Source: an uncultured Wenzhouxiangellaceae bacterium (GTDB lineage Bacteria; Pseudomonadota; Gammaproteobacteria; Xanthomonadales; SZUA-36). From it: a stretch of DNA of 64,000 bases. Positions within the stretch are counted from its first letter, which is position 1. The number at the start of each line of letters is the position of its first letter. Positions 34,985 through 44,653 of the stretch are shown here, piece after piece. Under the pieces are notes generated by a model, which saw nothing but the letters and a program-made list of their open reading frames with translations, did no database searches and was not told the origin of the DNA. Made by a program: the position numbers and the translations under genes. The stretch spans positions 10,440-74,439 of the forward strand of contig CAYUBS010000002.1 of NCBI GenBank assembly GCA_964443145.1. Reading direction: 5' to 3'.

Positions 34985-35311
34985 ATGCAAATAAACATTA
35001 CCGGACATCACATTGAAGTTACTCCTGCGTTGCGTGCCTACGTGACCGAAAAACTGCAGCGGATTTCAAGACATTTTGACCACGTGATTTCCATCAATGT
35101 CATTCTCAAAGTTGAAAACCCCCAACAACAGCAGGCTGAAGCAACTGTTCATGCCGCCGGCAAAGAAATTTTCGCGCAGGATACAGATGCCGATATGTAC
35201 GCGGCCATCGATGGCCTTATCGATAAGCTGGACAAGCAGGTTCGGCGCTACAAGGATCGTCTGCGCGGCAACCACTCCAACTCTGCAAAAAGAACGGCTT
35301 CGCTGGGTTAG
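34985..35311 (+). CDS. hpf: Ribosome hibernation promoting factor (short HPF/YhbH type)
   Basis: MQINITGHHIEVTPALRAYV is the canonical HPF N-terminus. The ATG at 34985 is preceded by GGAGA (5-nt spacer). The ORF-track start at 34955 is a TTG upstream. Confidence 0.92.
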   Translation: MQINITGHHIEVTPALRAYVTEKLQRISRHFDHVISINVILKVENPQQQQAEATVHAAGKEIFAQDTDADMYAAIDGLIDKLDKQVRRYKDRLRGNHSNSAKRTASLG

Positions 35312-35359
35312 CCGTCTCTGACGCATCCCGAATAAAAGTACTGGAATGGCCATTTAGAA

Positions 35360-35815
35360 ATGCTTATTAGTGATCTGCTGAGCCCGGAAAAAATACACTG
35401 TGATGTTCACAGTAGCAGCAAGAAAAAGCTACTCGAACTGATCAGTGAGGAACTGGCCCGCAACAGTGACAGCCTCGGCCAGAGAGAAATCTTTGAAAGC
35501 CTGTGCGCCAGGGAACGTCTCGGAAGCACCGGCCTCGGTAAGGGCGTGGCCATTCCTCACGGCCGGGTCAAGGGTACCCGGCATGTCGAAGTATCGTTCC
35601 TTCGGCTGAAAAAACCGGTGGCGTTTGACGCCGTTGACGGGCAACCGGTGGACCTTCTATTTGCCCTGGCAGTACCCGATAACTGCGCAGAAGATCACTT
35701 GAAATTGCTGGCACAGGTTGCCGAATTATTCAGCGACAAGGAATTGCTCGAAGAATTGCGCACGGCGGATAATTCAGGAAGCCTGCTAAAACTTCTCTCC
35801 GGCTCCAGGCATTGA
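35360..35815 (+). CDS. ptsN: PTS IIA-like nitrogen regulatory protein EIIA-Ntr
   Basis: 151-aa ORF with the phosphorylatable His context GKGVAIPHGR. It has the conserved rpoN-hpf-ptsN order. Confidence 0.92.
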   Translation: MLISDLLSPEKIHCDVHSSSKKKLLELISEELARNSDSLGQREIFESLCARERLGSTGLGKGVAIPHGRVKGTRHVEVSFLRLKKPVAFDAVDGQPVDLLFALAVPDNCAEDHLKLLAQVAELFSDKELLEELRTADNSGSLLKLLSGSRH

Positions 35816-35842
35816 TGTGGTTTTCATGTATCTGCAATACTG

Positions 35843-36811
35843 TTGAGTGTGACCCGCACGATAACAGCCCGTAGTCTGTTTGAAGACCTCAGCGAGAGGT
35901 TGGACCTGCACTGGGTCTCCACAGGTGATGAGCCGGACGAATACACCCTGTCAACGCTCGATATGACATCACGCCCGGCAGTGGCGGGCTACCTCAATCT
36001 GATCCACCCTAATCGGGTACAGGTCCTGGGCCGCGAAGAGATCAGTTATCTCGATTTACAGGACCCCATTGAACAACAGGCAACGGCCTTCTTGATACTG
36101 GATAGCCAACCATTGGCCATCATGGTCGGCGACGGTCTTGAAATTCCATCCAGGATCGCGGATGCGGCCTGCGGCAGATCCACGGCGCTGATTCGTTCCG
36201 GACTGCCGGCAGAAGAACTGGTCAATTACCTTCAGTACTATATTTCCAAGGCGCTGGCCCAGCGTACCACCTTGCACGGAGTCTTCATGGAGGTCTTCAC
36301 CCTTGGTGTGTTAATTACCGGTGACCCTGGCACCGGCAAGAGCGAACTGGCTCTGGAGTTGCTGAACCGCGGTCACCGTCTGATCGCCGATGATGCCCCC
36401 GAGTTTACCCGTATCTCACCCGAAATCATCGATGGTACCTGCCCTGAGGCCCTGCAGGACTGCCTCGAAGTCCGCGGGCTGGGAGTGCTTAATGTACGGC
36501 ACATGTTCGGAGATGCCGCGGTCAAGATGAACAAATTTCTTCGGCTGATCATCCACCTGGAAATCCCCGGGCGCCCCGGGCACCCGGTCAGCGAAGACCG
36601 GCTACGCGGCAACAGCAGTTCTTTAGAGGTACTGAAAATGGATATACCTCGAATCACTCTACCGGTCATGGCCGGAAGAAATTTGTCCATCATCGCTGAA
36701 GCGGCAGTTCGGGATTTCATGCTCAAGATGAAAGGATATGACGCGGCGTCTGAATTCATACAGAGGCATTCACGCATTCTTCAGCGGCAGAACCCGGGTG
36801 ACAACAACTGA
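35843..36811 (+). CDS. hprK: HPr kinase/phosphorylase
   Basis: 322-aa ORF with a P-loop (GDPGTGKSELALEL) and the HprK/P signature (LEVRGLGVLNVRHMFG). The apparent start is TTG or GTG. Confidence 0.88.
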   Translation: MSVTRTITARSLFEDLSERLDLHWVSTGDEPDEYTLSTLDMTSRPAVAGYLNLIHPNRVQVLGREEISYLDLQDPIEQQATAFLILDSQPLAIMVGDGLEIPSRIADAACGRSTALIRSGLPAEELVNYLQYYISKALAQRTTLHGVFMEVFTLGVLITGDPGTGKSELALELLNRGHRLIADDAPEFTRISPEIIDGTCPEALQDCLEVRGLGVLNVRHMFGDAAVKMNKFLRLIIHLEIPGRPGHPVSEDRLRGNSSSLEVLKMDIPRITLPVMAGRNLSIIAEAAVRDFMLKMKGYDAASEFIQRHSRILQRQNPGDNN

Positions 36812-36813
36812 AC

Positions 36814-37683
36814 ATGCGTGCTGAGCCACAGAAGCTGATACTGGTTAGCGGGTTATCCGGTGGCGGTAAATCCACGGCGTTACGGGCCCTGGAAGATCAG
36901 GGCTGCTACTGCGTTGACAACCTGCCCGCTGCTCTTCTCCGGGAATTTGCCAATCAGATCAAACTCAACCCTGAGCGGTACTCCAGAGTCGCACTGGGGG
37001 TGGACGCGAGGTCACCCGGAAAGGACCTGAAAGAAATCCCCCGGTGGCTGGAAGAACAGTCTCTGGCTGGGCTGGATTGGCAATTACTGTTCCTGATCGC
37101 CGACGTCAAGTCCATCATCAAGCGCTTCAGCGAAACGCGCCGTCGCCACCCACTGACCAGCGACCAGATATCCCTGCCGCAGGCGATCGAACAGGAAAAA
37201 AGCCTGCTGGACAGTCTGCGCCAGAAAGCGAACTGGGTTATCGACACTTCCGATACGAACATTCATCAGTTGCGCCGCCAGGTCTGGAACTGCGCGGGAA
37301 ATGAAAACACGTCAATGACCATCGTGCTCGAGTCTTTCGCCTTCAAGCGAGGGGTGCCACAGGACGTTGACTTCATTTTCGACGCACGCATTCTACCCAA
37401 TCCTCACTGGGTGGATGGCTTGCGCGAATACACCGGAATGGACCAACCGGTCAGGGACTGGCTGGAGCAGGATGAGGCTGTTAAGGGTATGTTTACCGAT
37501 ATATTGAATTTCCTGAAAACCTGGCTACCTGAATTCCGACATAGCCAGCGCAGTTACGTGACGGTTGGCATCGGTTGCACCGGCGGACAGCACCGCTCCG
37601 TTTACCTGGTGGACCGCCTGGCCCGGGGGCTGGGCACAGAGTTCGGGCAGGTGTTGATCCACCACAGGGAGATGCAGGAATGA
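36814..37683 (+). CDS. rapZ: RNase adapter protein RapZ (YhbJ)
   Basis: 289-aa ORF with Walker A (SGLSGGGKSTALRALED) and a conserved C-terminal region (GCTGGQHRSV). Confidence 0.93.
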   Translation: MRAEPQKLILVSGLSGGGKSTALRALEDQGCYCVDNLPAALLREFANQIKLNPERYSRVALGVDARSPGKDLKEIPRWLEEQSLAGLDWQLLFLIADVKSIIKRFSETRRRHPLTSDQISLPQAIEQEKSLLDSLRQKANWVIDTSDTNIHQLRRQVWNCAGNENTSMTIVLESFAFKRGVPQDVDFIFDARILPNPHWVDGLREYTGMDQPVRDWLEQDEAVKGMFTDILNFLKTWLPEFRHSQRSYVTVGIGCTGGQHRSVYLVDRLARGLGTEFGQVLIHHREMQE

Positions 37684-38069
37684 GTGTCGGTATTCTTATC
37701 GTCACGCATGGCGGGACCGGTGCAGCGCTTATCGAAGAAGCCGGCTTTGTACTCGGGCAGACTCTGGAAAACGTAGCCTGCCTGGCGCTCAACCAGTCGG
37801 GGAATCTACCGGCATCACTACAGGACATCCGCGACGCGATCGAACGGTTAGATACCGATAATGGTGTACTGGTCCTCACTGATCTGATGGGTGCGAGCCC
37901 GGCCAACCTGGTGGCCCAGGTACTGGATGATTACCACGCTGTCATGGTGACAGGAGCCAATCTCGGTATGCTGATTCGAGTCTGGAACTACCGTGACAAC
38001 CCACTTGAAATGGTCACTCGAAAAGCCGTCGACGGCGGTCGAAGCGCTGTAAAGATTTTCCAGGCATGA
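37680..38069 (+). CDS. PTS EIIA component, mannose/fructose family (soluble, stand-alone)
   Basis: The roughly 129-aa product begins MSVGILIVTHGG, the EIIA-Man phospho-His context. The ATG overlaps the rapZ stop (ATGA). The ORF-track start at 37575 lies inside rapZ. Confidence 0.85.
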   Translation: MSVGILIVTHGGTGAALIEEAGFVLGQTLENVACLALNQSGNLPASLQDIRDAIERLDTDNGVLVLTDLMGASPANLVAQVLDDYHAVMVTGANLGMLIRVWNYRDNPLEMVTRKAVDGGRSAVKIFQA

Positions 38070-38335
38070 TTTCCAGGAAAGTCACCATCATCAACCGCCT
38101 GGGCCTGCATGCGCGTGCCGCCACCAGGCTGGTCAATTGCACTTCAGAATTCACTGCCAAAATCTTCGTCAAGAAAGGCGCCCGGGCGGTCAATGGCAAA
38201 TCAATCATGGGTGTACTGATGCTGGCCGCGGCTACCGGCACAGAACTGATCATCGAGGCAGATGGTACTGACGAGAACCAGGCACTGGACGCAATAACTG
38301 AATTGATCGTCAATCGATTTGGAGAAGATGAGTGA
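38066..38335 (+). CDS. ptsH: Phosphocarrier protein HPr
   Basis: 89-aa ORF retaining both His15 (GLHARAA) and the Ser46 context (NGKSIMGV). Its start overlaps the upstream stop (ATGA). Confidence 0.92.
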   Translation: MISRKVTIINRLGLHARAATRLVNCTSEFTAKIFVKKGARAVNGKSIMGVLMLAAATGTELIIEADGTDENQALDAITELIVNRFGEDE

Positions 38336-40089
38336 GTATCACCCTCAAAGGTCATGCGGTCGCCCAGGGCATCGCTATCGGCCAAATCCATCTGGCCGAA
38401 CGAAATGAGCTCGACATTGGTGAATACCGCATCGGCGCTGGTGATGTGGAAAACGAGATCAAGCGTTACCGGGCCGCCGTAAACGCTGCCCGCGAACAAC
38501 TGCTTGAGCTGGCAGACCGGATTAACCCTGAAGCCGCCATGCCAGCCGTCGAGATCATCCAGTCCCACGTCCTGATGCTGGGCGACTCAAAAATTGGCAA
38601 GAGTACCGAGAAACACATCCGCAGCGAGCTCTGCAACGCAGAGTGGGCGGTGCAAGTCCAACTGGAGCAAGTCCTTTCCGAATTCCGCAGCATGGATGAT
38701 GAGTACATCCGGACCCGTGGCGAAGATGTAACCCAGGTAGTCCGGTTGATCCAGAGCAAACTCAGTGACCAGGCGGCAACCCAGCCGTTCGAGCACTTCC
38801 CTGACCGGCTGGCCAACACCCTGGTGATCGCAGTAGAGCTGACACCGGCTGAACTGGCCATACTGCACGAGCGCGGTGTCGCCGGAATCGTCACGGAACA
38901 CGGCGGGCCGCACAGCCACACGGCCATTCTTGCAAGCAGCCTTGGGATCCCCGCAGTTCTTGGCGTGCCAGGCGCCCGTAGCCGGCTGAAGGAGGGCAGC
39001 ACGGTCATTGTGGATGGCGGGCGGGGGCTGGTATTTTCAGACCCGGATGCGGCAACACTGGAGCGCTACCGCGAGATCCAACTGGAAGCCTTGCGCTTTC
39101 GGAAAGCCCTGAAATCGCTGCGTAACCGGGCAGCGCAGAGCATTGACAACATAAGCGTCAGCCTGCAGGCCAACGCCGAGCGCTCGGGAGAATTGAACCA
39201 GGCCCTTGAGGTAGGCGCCGAAGCGATTGGCCTTTATCGAACCGAGTTTCTTTACCTGCAGGGGGTGCTGCCTGATGAAGAAACCCAGCTCATACGATAC
39301 CGTTCCGCGCTGAAGACCCTGAACGGAAAACCACTGACCATCAGGACACTGGATCTTGGTGGGGATAAAACCAGCGATTCACTCGACTTCTCGGACCCGC
39401 GGCGCTCTGCCAATCCGGCACTTGGGCTGCGCGCTGTCCGTTTGTGCCTGCAGGACACAGCACTGTTCAAGACACAGCTGCGAGCCATTCTGAGGGCCAG
39501 TGATTCAGGGCCGGTACGCTGTCTCATCCCGATGATTACCAGTGTCCTGGAAATCCGGCGGGTCAAGGCATTGCTTGAAGAGGCCAGGAACGAGCTGGAT
39601 ACCCGCAATCAGCCCTATGACATGGACATGCAGCTGGGTGCAATGATTGAGGTGCCCGCCGCAGCGATGGCGATACTTGACCTGGGACGCCACCTGGATT
39701 TCATCTCGGTGGGCACCAATGATCTGCTGCAATACACGCTGGCTGCGGACCGGGGTGATGAACAGGTCGCACACCTCTATGACTTGCAGCATCCGGGTGT
39801 TATTCGCCTGCTCAGATACATTTTGAAGGGCGCAGATGAACTGGGTATTCCTGCCTCTGTTTGCGGCGAAGTAGCCGGTGACCCACGCTACACACGCCTC
39901 TTGCTGGCACTCGGATTGCGCGAATTCAGTATGCATCCGGCACGCCTGCTGGAAGTGAAGCAAATTATCCGTGAAACCGATGTAGGCCTTGCTCGAAAAG
40001 TCATCAAGCGGTGGCTGGGTGATCCTGACGAGCAGGAAAACCAGCCGCTTCTCGAGTTACTCGACGAATCTCAACGCGGTAAGTCATAA
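38332..40089 (+). CDS. ptsI: Phosphoenolpyruvate-protein phosphotransferase (Enzyme I, no GAF domain)
   Basis: 585-aa ORF with the active-site His region GGPHSHTAILA and a PEP-utilising C-terminal domain (GTNDLLQY, CGEVAGDP). The GTG start overlaps the ptsH stop. Confidence 0.93.
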   Translation: MSITLKGHAVAQGIAIGQIHLAERNELDIGEYRIGAGDVENEIKRYRAAVNAAREQLLELADRINPEAAMPAVEIIQSHVLMLGDSKIGKSTEKHIRSELCNAEWAVQVQLEQVLSEFRSMDDEYIRTRGEDVTQVVRLIQSKLSDQAATQPFEHFPDRLANTLVIAVELTPAELAILHERGVAGIVTEHGGPHSHTAILASSLGIPAVLGVPGARSRLKEGSTVIVDGGRGLVFSDPDAATLERYREIQLEALRFRKALKSLRNRAAQSIDNISVSLQANAERSGELNQALEVGAEAIGLYRTEFLYLQGVLPDEETQLIRYRSALKTLNGKPLTIRTLDLGGDKTSDSLDFSDPRRSANPALGLRAVRLCLQDTALFKTQLRAILRASDSGPVRCLIPMITSVLEIRRVKALLEEARNELDTRNQPYDMDMQLGAMIEVPAAAMAILDLGRHLDFISVGTNDLLQYTLAADRGDEQVAHLYDLQHPGVIRLLRYILKGADELGIPASVCGEVAGDPRYTRLLLALGLREFSMHPARLLEVKQIIRETDVGLARKVIKRWLGDPDEQENQPLLELLDESQRGKS

Positions 40090-40140
40090 CCTGCCAGACC
40101 CGTTTCCCTTATAATGCCTGCGGTTAGATGGGAGTCCCGC

Positions 40141-41505
40141 ATGGCGGAACAGTTACACGAAGAAAAGACAGCGCGCCAACTGGATCGCCTGACCACGGCG
40201 CTCGATTCAGGCACGCAAACCCGTGTTAGCCACTCATTGAAGAGCCTTTCGGCAGCTGAAATTGCCGACCTGCTCGAATCACTCCCTATCGCCAAACGGC
40301 TTGCAGTCTGGGAACTGACTGATCCTGAGCTGGACGGCGACGTACTGGTTGAAGTCAACGACGAGGTTCGTGCCAGCCTGATCCGGGGGACAGCCCCCGA
40401 AGACCTGGTCGCAGCCGTTGATGATCTCGATATCGACGATCTCGCCGATATTCTCGATGACCTGCCCGATGCGGTAACCAGCGAGGTTTTGCGCAGTCTT
40501 GACCGCCAGGATCATGAGCGCCTGTTACATGTCCTGACCTACCCGGAAGACTCTGCCGGTGGCCTGATGGACCCCGACGTGCTGACCATCCGCCCGGACG
40601 TAACCCTGGACGTGGTCCTGCGTTACCTGCGGGTGCGCGGCGAATTACCCGAAGTCTTTGATCAGCTTTTTGTCATCGACCGACAGGGCCGTTACCTCGG
40701 AAGCCTGAAGCTTTCAGACCTGCTCACACAGGACCCGGCCAGCCTGGTAAGTGATCTGATGAACGAGACGGCTATCAGAATCCCGGTCGACATGCATGAA
40801 AGCCAGGTCGCCATCGAGTTTGAACACCACGACCTGGTGTCAGCACCGGTGATTGACTCCGACCAGGTCCTGAAGGGCCATATCACCATTGATGACGTGG
40901 TCGATGTGATCAGGGATGAAGCAGAGCATTCGATACTGTCACGTGCGGGTCTGGATGAAGAAGAAGACATGTTTGCACCGATCGTGCAGTCAGCCCGGCG
41001 CCGCTGGGTATGGCTGGGTGTAAACCTGGTGACCGCTATACTCGCCGCGCTGGTGCTTTATACCTTTGAGGCCACGCTGGACCAGATTGTAGCCACGGCG
41101 GTCCTGTTTCCGATTGTCATGAGCATGGGTGGTATCGCGGGAACCCAGACCCTGACCCTGATGGTCCGCGGAATGGCTACCGGCCAGGTCAACTCCAGCA
41201 ATACCCCTGCCCTGTTACGCAAAGAACTGGCCGTGGGCCTGCTCAACGGTTTCGTGTTCTCCCTTGTCGTCGCCGCCATTGCCTATTTCTGGTATGGCGA
41301 CAGTTTTCTTGGCCTGGTCATGGGGGCAGCGATATTGCTTAACCTGCTGGCCGGCGCGCTGGCTGGCGCGTTGATCCCGGGAATTCTCAAACGGATGTCC
41401 ATTGATCCAGCGCTGGCCGGGGGCGTAGTACTGACCACGGTCACCGATGTGGTCGGGATTCTGGCGTTCATCGGCCTGGCGACGTTCATGTTGGTGGGGC
41501 GATAA
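40141..41505 (+). CDS. mgtE: Magnesium transporter MgtE
   Basis: N-domain, tandem CBS domains and a 5-TM C-terminal domain (PIVMSMGGIAGTQT, TVTDVVG). The start is taken at MAEQLHEEK (ATG 40141). Confidence 0.92.
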   Translation: MAEQLHEEKTARQLDRLTTALDSGTQTRVSHSLKSLSAAEIADLLESLPIAKRLAVWELTDPELDGDVLVEVNDEVRASLIRGTAPEDLVAAVDDLDIDDLADILDDLPDAVTSEVLRSLDRQDHERLLHVLTYPEDSAGGLMDPDVLTIRPDVTLDVVLRYLRVRGELPEVFDQLFVIDRQGRYLGSLKLSDLLTQDPASLVSDLMNETAIRIPVDMHESQVAIEFEHHDLVSAPVIDSDQVLKGHITIDDVVDVIRDEAEHSILSRAGLDEEEDMFAPIVQSARRRWVWLGVNLVTAILAALVLYTFEATLDQIVATAVLFPIVMSMGGIAGTQTLTLMVRGMATGQVNSSNTPALLRKELAVGLLNGFVFSLVVAAIAYFWYGDSFLGLVMGAAILLNLLAGALAGALIPGILKRMSIDPALAGGVVLTTVTDVVGILAFIGLATFMLVGR

Positions 41506-41522
41506 GCCGCCAGATCATTCTG

Positions 41523-43958
41523 ATGAAGATTTTACTGATCACCCAGGAAGCCCCACTGCTGAACCACGAAGTGGTGAGCGGCAATGCTATTCGAAGCCAG
41601 CAAATCAGTTCAGCGCTTGAAGGCGCGGGCCACGAGGTTGAACAGGTTTGGCTGAGCAAGGATTCCACGCCATACAGGCGATCGGGTTCAACCTTCCGCA
41701 ATCAGGACGACTTAAAGGGCATCCTGATGAAACAGGAACCCGAGGCCATCATCGTCTCCTACTGGGAATTGCTCGGCCTGTTGCCACATGAGAGCAACGT
41801 TCCGGTAGTCCTGGATTACGTGGCCCCCCGCTCGCTGGAAGAACTGTACGAATCGCCTTCAACGGTCACTGCCAGCCTCAAGCGACTGGTTCACAACCTG
41901 CGCCGCTGCGACCTGGTACTCGTGGGTAACGAGTTGCAGAGCCACTTGCTGGTCAACCTGCTGATAGAAGCCGGGTTTGATCTGCGCGGCTCCAACCCCA
42001 TCAGAGTCGTTCCTTTAGGAGCTGAAATTACTGATCCGCCGCAATCAGACCCTGCCCGGGATGGCTGGCTTTTCGTCGGCGGTGGTGTGACCTGGCCGTG
42101 GCGTTCGGCAGAGCCTTACCATGCTGAGCTGGAAACTTTTGCGCAACGGAATCACCCGGGTATGCAACTGGTTCAATTCGGCGGTGACTATCGCTGGCAT
42201 GACAGCACCCCAGCAGGCGATCAGGCCGGCGCGGGTGAAACCGGCGCGGTGCAAATCCGTGAATTGCTGCCTTACCGGCAATACAGTCAATTTCTCAGCC
42301 AAAAAGCTCATATCGGAATCGAACTGGCCGAGTGGAACATCGAGCGGCAATACAGTCAGTCTTTTCGTTCACTGGAGTTCCTCCGCCACGGGCTGCCCAT
42401 CCTTTGCAATCGCTACCTTCCGCTGGCCAGACTGGTCGAAGAATATGATGCGGGCTGGGTCGTCGATGAACCGGAATCGCTGGCTCCGCTGCTCGCTGAA
42501 ATCATCGCCGCGCCCGATAAATGGAAGGAAAAGTCGGCCAACGCACAGAAACTGGTCAATGTCGCATTACAACCGCAAACCTCTACTGAGCCGCTGCTGG
42601 ACTGGTTAAAATCACCGCAAAAGGCAGCCCGGCTCAAGACCGGCCCCATCAGCAGGGAAACCGCACCTGTGCTCGGCGTACCACCCTTTGGCGAGCGGCT
42701 GAAACGGCAGTTCAGACTGGCCTGGACCGTTCTGCTGAACCGTTTGTTCGGTCAGGATCGCGGGCAGGGAATCATAATCGTCACGCGTGGTGACCTGTTC
42801 CCGCCGGACCACGGAGCCGCCGTGCGCACGGTGGAAAGTGCCAAAGCACTCGCGCGCAGCGGCATCCGGGTGGGCATCGTCACCGACGATCGCAAACACT
42901 GGTTCGAGCTGGTCGGTGAGGATACCGTGGCGCGTAAATACCCTGTGTGGACCCGGTTAGTAAGCATCCCAGGCCCGCTGGCCAAGCTGTTGCACTTTTC
43001 CAAAGACCTGCCCTACAGCAACAGTTTTTTGTATCTGCCGATGACTGATGGTTCGTTTTTCTGGCGAACCATCGCTGCCTCCCGCGCCCTCCATGCAGGC
43101 GTGCTGCAGGCCGAATTTCCTGCCTATGCGCTGCCCTGCATCAGGGCCCGCGAAACGCTCGACTGCCGTGTGGCAATGGTTCAGCACAATGTTGAATATG
43201 ACCGTATCAGAGCGCAGGTTCCTGAACTCACGCAGGAGCAGTATGAAAACCTCAAAGCGATCGAAATCGACCTCTGCAACCGCTGTGATGCCGTTGTCTG
43301 CGTGTCAGACAACGACCGCCAGAAGCTGGGCGAGGATGGCGTCCATCCGGAGTTGCTTCACATGGTGCCGCACGGCGTCAACCTGACCGAATTTGATGCG
43401 CCATCCATCATAGACGCCCGCGCGGAATATGGCATCGCAGACGATTGTCCCTTACTGGTATACCACGGTACCTATTCGTACCCGCCCAACCGGGAGGCAT
43501 TGCAGATTTTCGCTGACATTCTGCTGCCAGGACTGGAAGACAGGGGACTCAAGTGTCACTTGCTGGCGGTCGGACGCAATCCACCCGCCACTCCTCCGCA
43601 CCCGCGGATTCACCTGACGGGCAGCGTCGAAATAGTCGCGCCGTGGCTGAAGGCCGCTGACCTGTCGGTAATCCCATTGGTTGAAGGCGGCGGAACGCGG
43701 ATGAAAATCATCGATTGTTTTGCAGCATGCCTACCGGTCATCAGCACCCGTAAAGGAATCGAAGGCATACCCGTCGAGCCCGGCAAACAGGCCCTGGTGC
43801 TGGACGATTGGGAAGAGATCATCAACGCCATCATAGACCTGTGGGAAGACCCCGACGGGGCCAGGAAACTGGCCATGGCCGGTCGGGCACTGGCTGACAG
43901 CCTGGACTGGAACGCCGCAGCCGCGAAATACCGTTCGATCTACTCCGCATTGCCTTAA
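41523..43958 (+). CDS. Large soluble protein with two tandem GT-B (GT4-like) glycosyltransferase modules
   Basis: 811-aa ORF with no signal peptide or TM segment. Module 1 (about aa 1-365) begins MKILLITQEAP...SGNAIR. Module 2 (about aa 415-811) begins IIIVTRGDLFPPDHGAAV and ends with the nucleotide-sugar-binding motif EGGGTRMKIIDCFAACLPVISTRKGIEG. The acceptor and donor are unknown. Confidence 0.8.
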   Translation: MKILLITQEAPLLNHEVVSGNAIRSQQISSALEGAGHEVEQVWLSKDSTPYRRSGSTFRNQDDLKGILMKQEPEAIIVSYWELLGLLPHESNVPVVLDYVAPRSLEELYESPSTVTASLKRLVHNLRRCDLVLVGNELQSHLLVNLLIEAGFDLRGSNPIRVVPLGAEITDPPQSDPARDGWLFVGGGVTWPWRSAEPYHAELETFAQRNHPGMQLVQFGGDYRWHDSTPAGDQAGAGETGAVQIRELLPYRQYSQFLSQKAHIGIELAEWNIERQYSQSFRSLEFLRHGLPILCNRYLPLARLVEEYDAGWVVDEPESLAPLLAEIIAAPDKWKEKSANAQKLVNVALQPQTSTEPLLDWLKSPQKAARLKTGPISRETAPVLGVPPFGERLKRQFRLAWTVLLNRLFGQDRGQGIIIVTRGDLFPPDHGAAVRTVESAKALARSGIRVGIVTDDRKHWFELVGEDTVARKYPVWTRLVSIPGPLAKLLHFSKDLPYSNSFLYLPMTDGSFFWRTIAASRALHAGVLQAEFPAYALPCIRARETLDCRVAMVQHNVEYDRIRAQVPELTQEQYENLKAIEIDLCNRCDAVVCVSDNDRQKLGEDGVHPELLHMVPHGVNLTEFDAPSIIDARAEYGIADDCPLLVYHGTYSYPPNREALQIFADILLPGLEDRGLKCHLLAVGRNPPATPPHPRIHLTGSVEIVAPWLKAADLSVIPLVEGGGTRMKIIDCFAACLPVISTRKGIEGIPVEPGKQALVLDDWEEIINAIIDLWEDPDGARKLAMAGRALADSLDWNAAAAKYRSIYSALP

Positions 43959-43960
43959 GA

Positions 43961-44653
43961 TTATTTACCCTGGGCGGGTTTGGAAGCCACCTTGTTACGG
44001 ACATAAACGGGCTGTGCAAGCCCTGCCGGTAGCGGCTCATTGGATTTCAGCCAATTCAATGCCAGTCTGGCTACCGTTTCCGCACGTGGCCGGATTTCGG
44101 CATGACAAGCGATAGCCGCAAACCCTAGTGATTCCAGTTCAGTGAATCGACTAAATCCATTACCGGCGGCGACAAAAGGAGTGGCCACAGGTGTGGAGAC
44201 CGCATCGGGCGGGCATACTCTCTCCTCTCCCAGGACCTCGACATATGCCCCGGCTGCGCAATGAAAATCGGCCGTATAGACTTCATTCATCCGGGCATCC
44301 ATTGCCACGCAAACCGAATGTGCAGAACCCTGGGAAAGTTCGATTGCCTCCTGTGCAACAGCTGCCAGCGAAGACACCGGAACAACAGGCAAGCCGGCGC
44401 CCCAGGCCAACCCCTGGATAACGCCGATGCCGATTCTCAGGCTGGTAAAACTACCCGGGCCGCGACCAAAGGCAATGGCATCAAGGTCAGCCAGCGGCAA
44501 ACCCGCCTGGTCCAGCAAGGACTGGATAGCCGGCAGCAACAACTCGGCGTGACGCATCGGCGCGACCTCAAAAAATTCGCTGATCTCACCGTCGTAATCC
44601 AGACACACCGAACAGGCTTCAGCCGATGTTTCCACCGCCAGCAATTTAGTCAT
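43961..44653 (-). CDS. tsaB: tRNA t6A37 biosynthesis protein TsaB (YeaZ)
   Basis: 230-aa ORF (LLAVETSAEACSV, GRGPGSFTSLRIG). Confidence 0.92.
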   Translation of the reverse strand: MTKLLAVETSAEACSVCLDYDGEISEFFEVAPMRHAELLLPAIQSLLDQAGLPLADLDAIAFGRGPGSFTSLRIGIGVIQGLAWGAGLPVVPVSSLAAVAQEAIELSQGSAHSVCVAMDARMNEVYTADFHCAAGAYVEVLGEERVCPPDAVSTPVATPFVAAGNGFSRFTELESLGFAAIACHAEIRPRAETVARLALNWLKSNEPLPAGLAQPVYVRNKVASKPAQGK

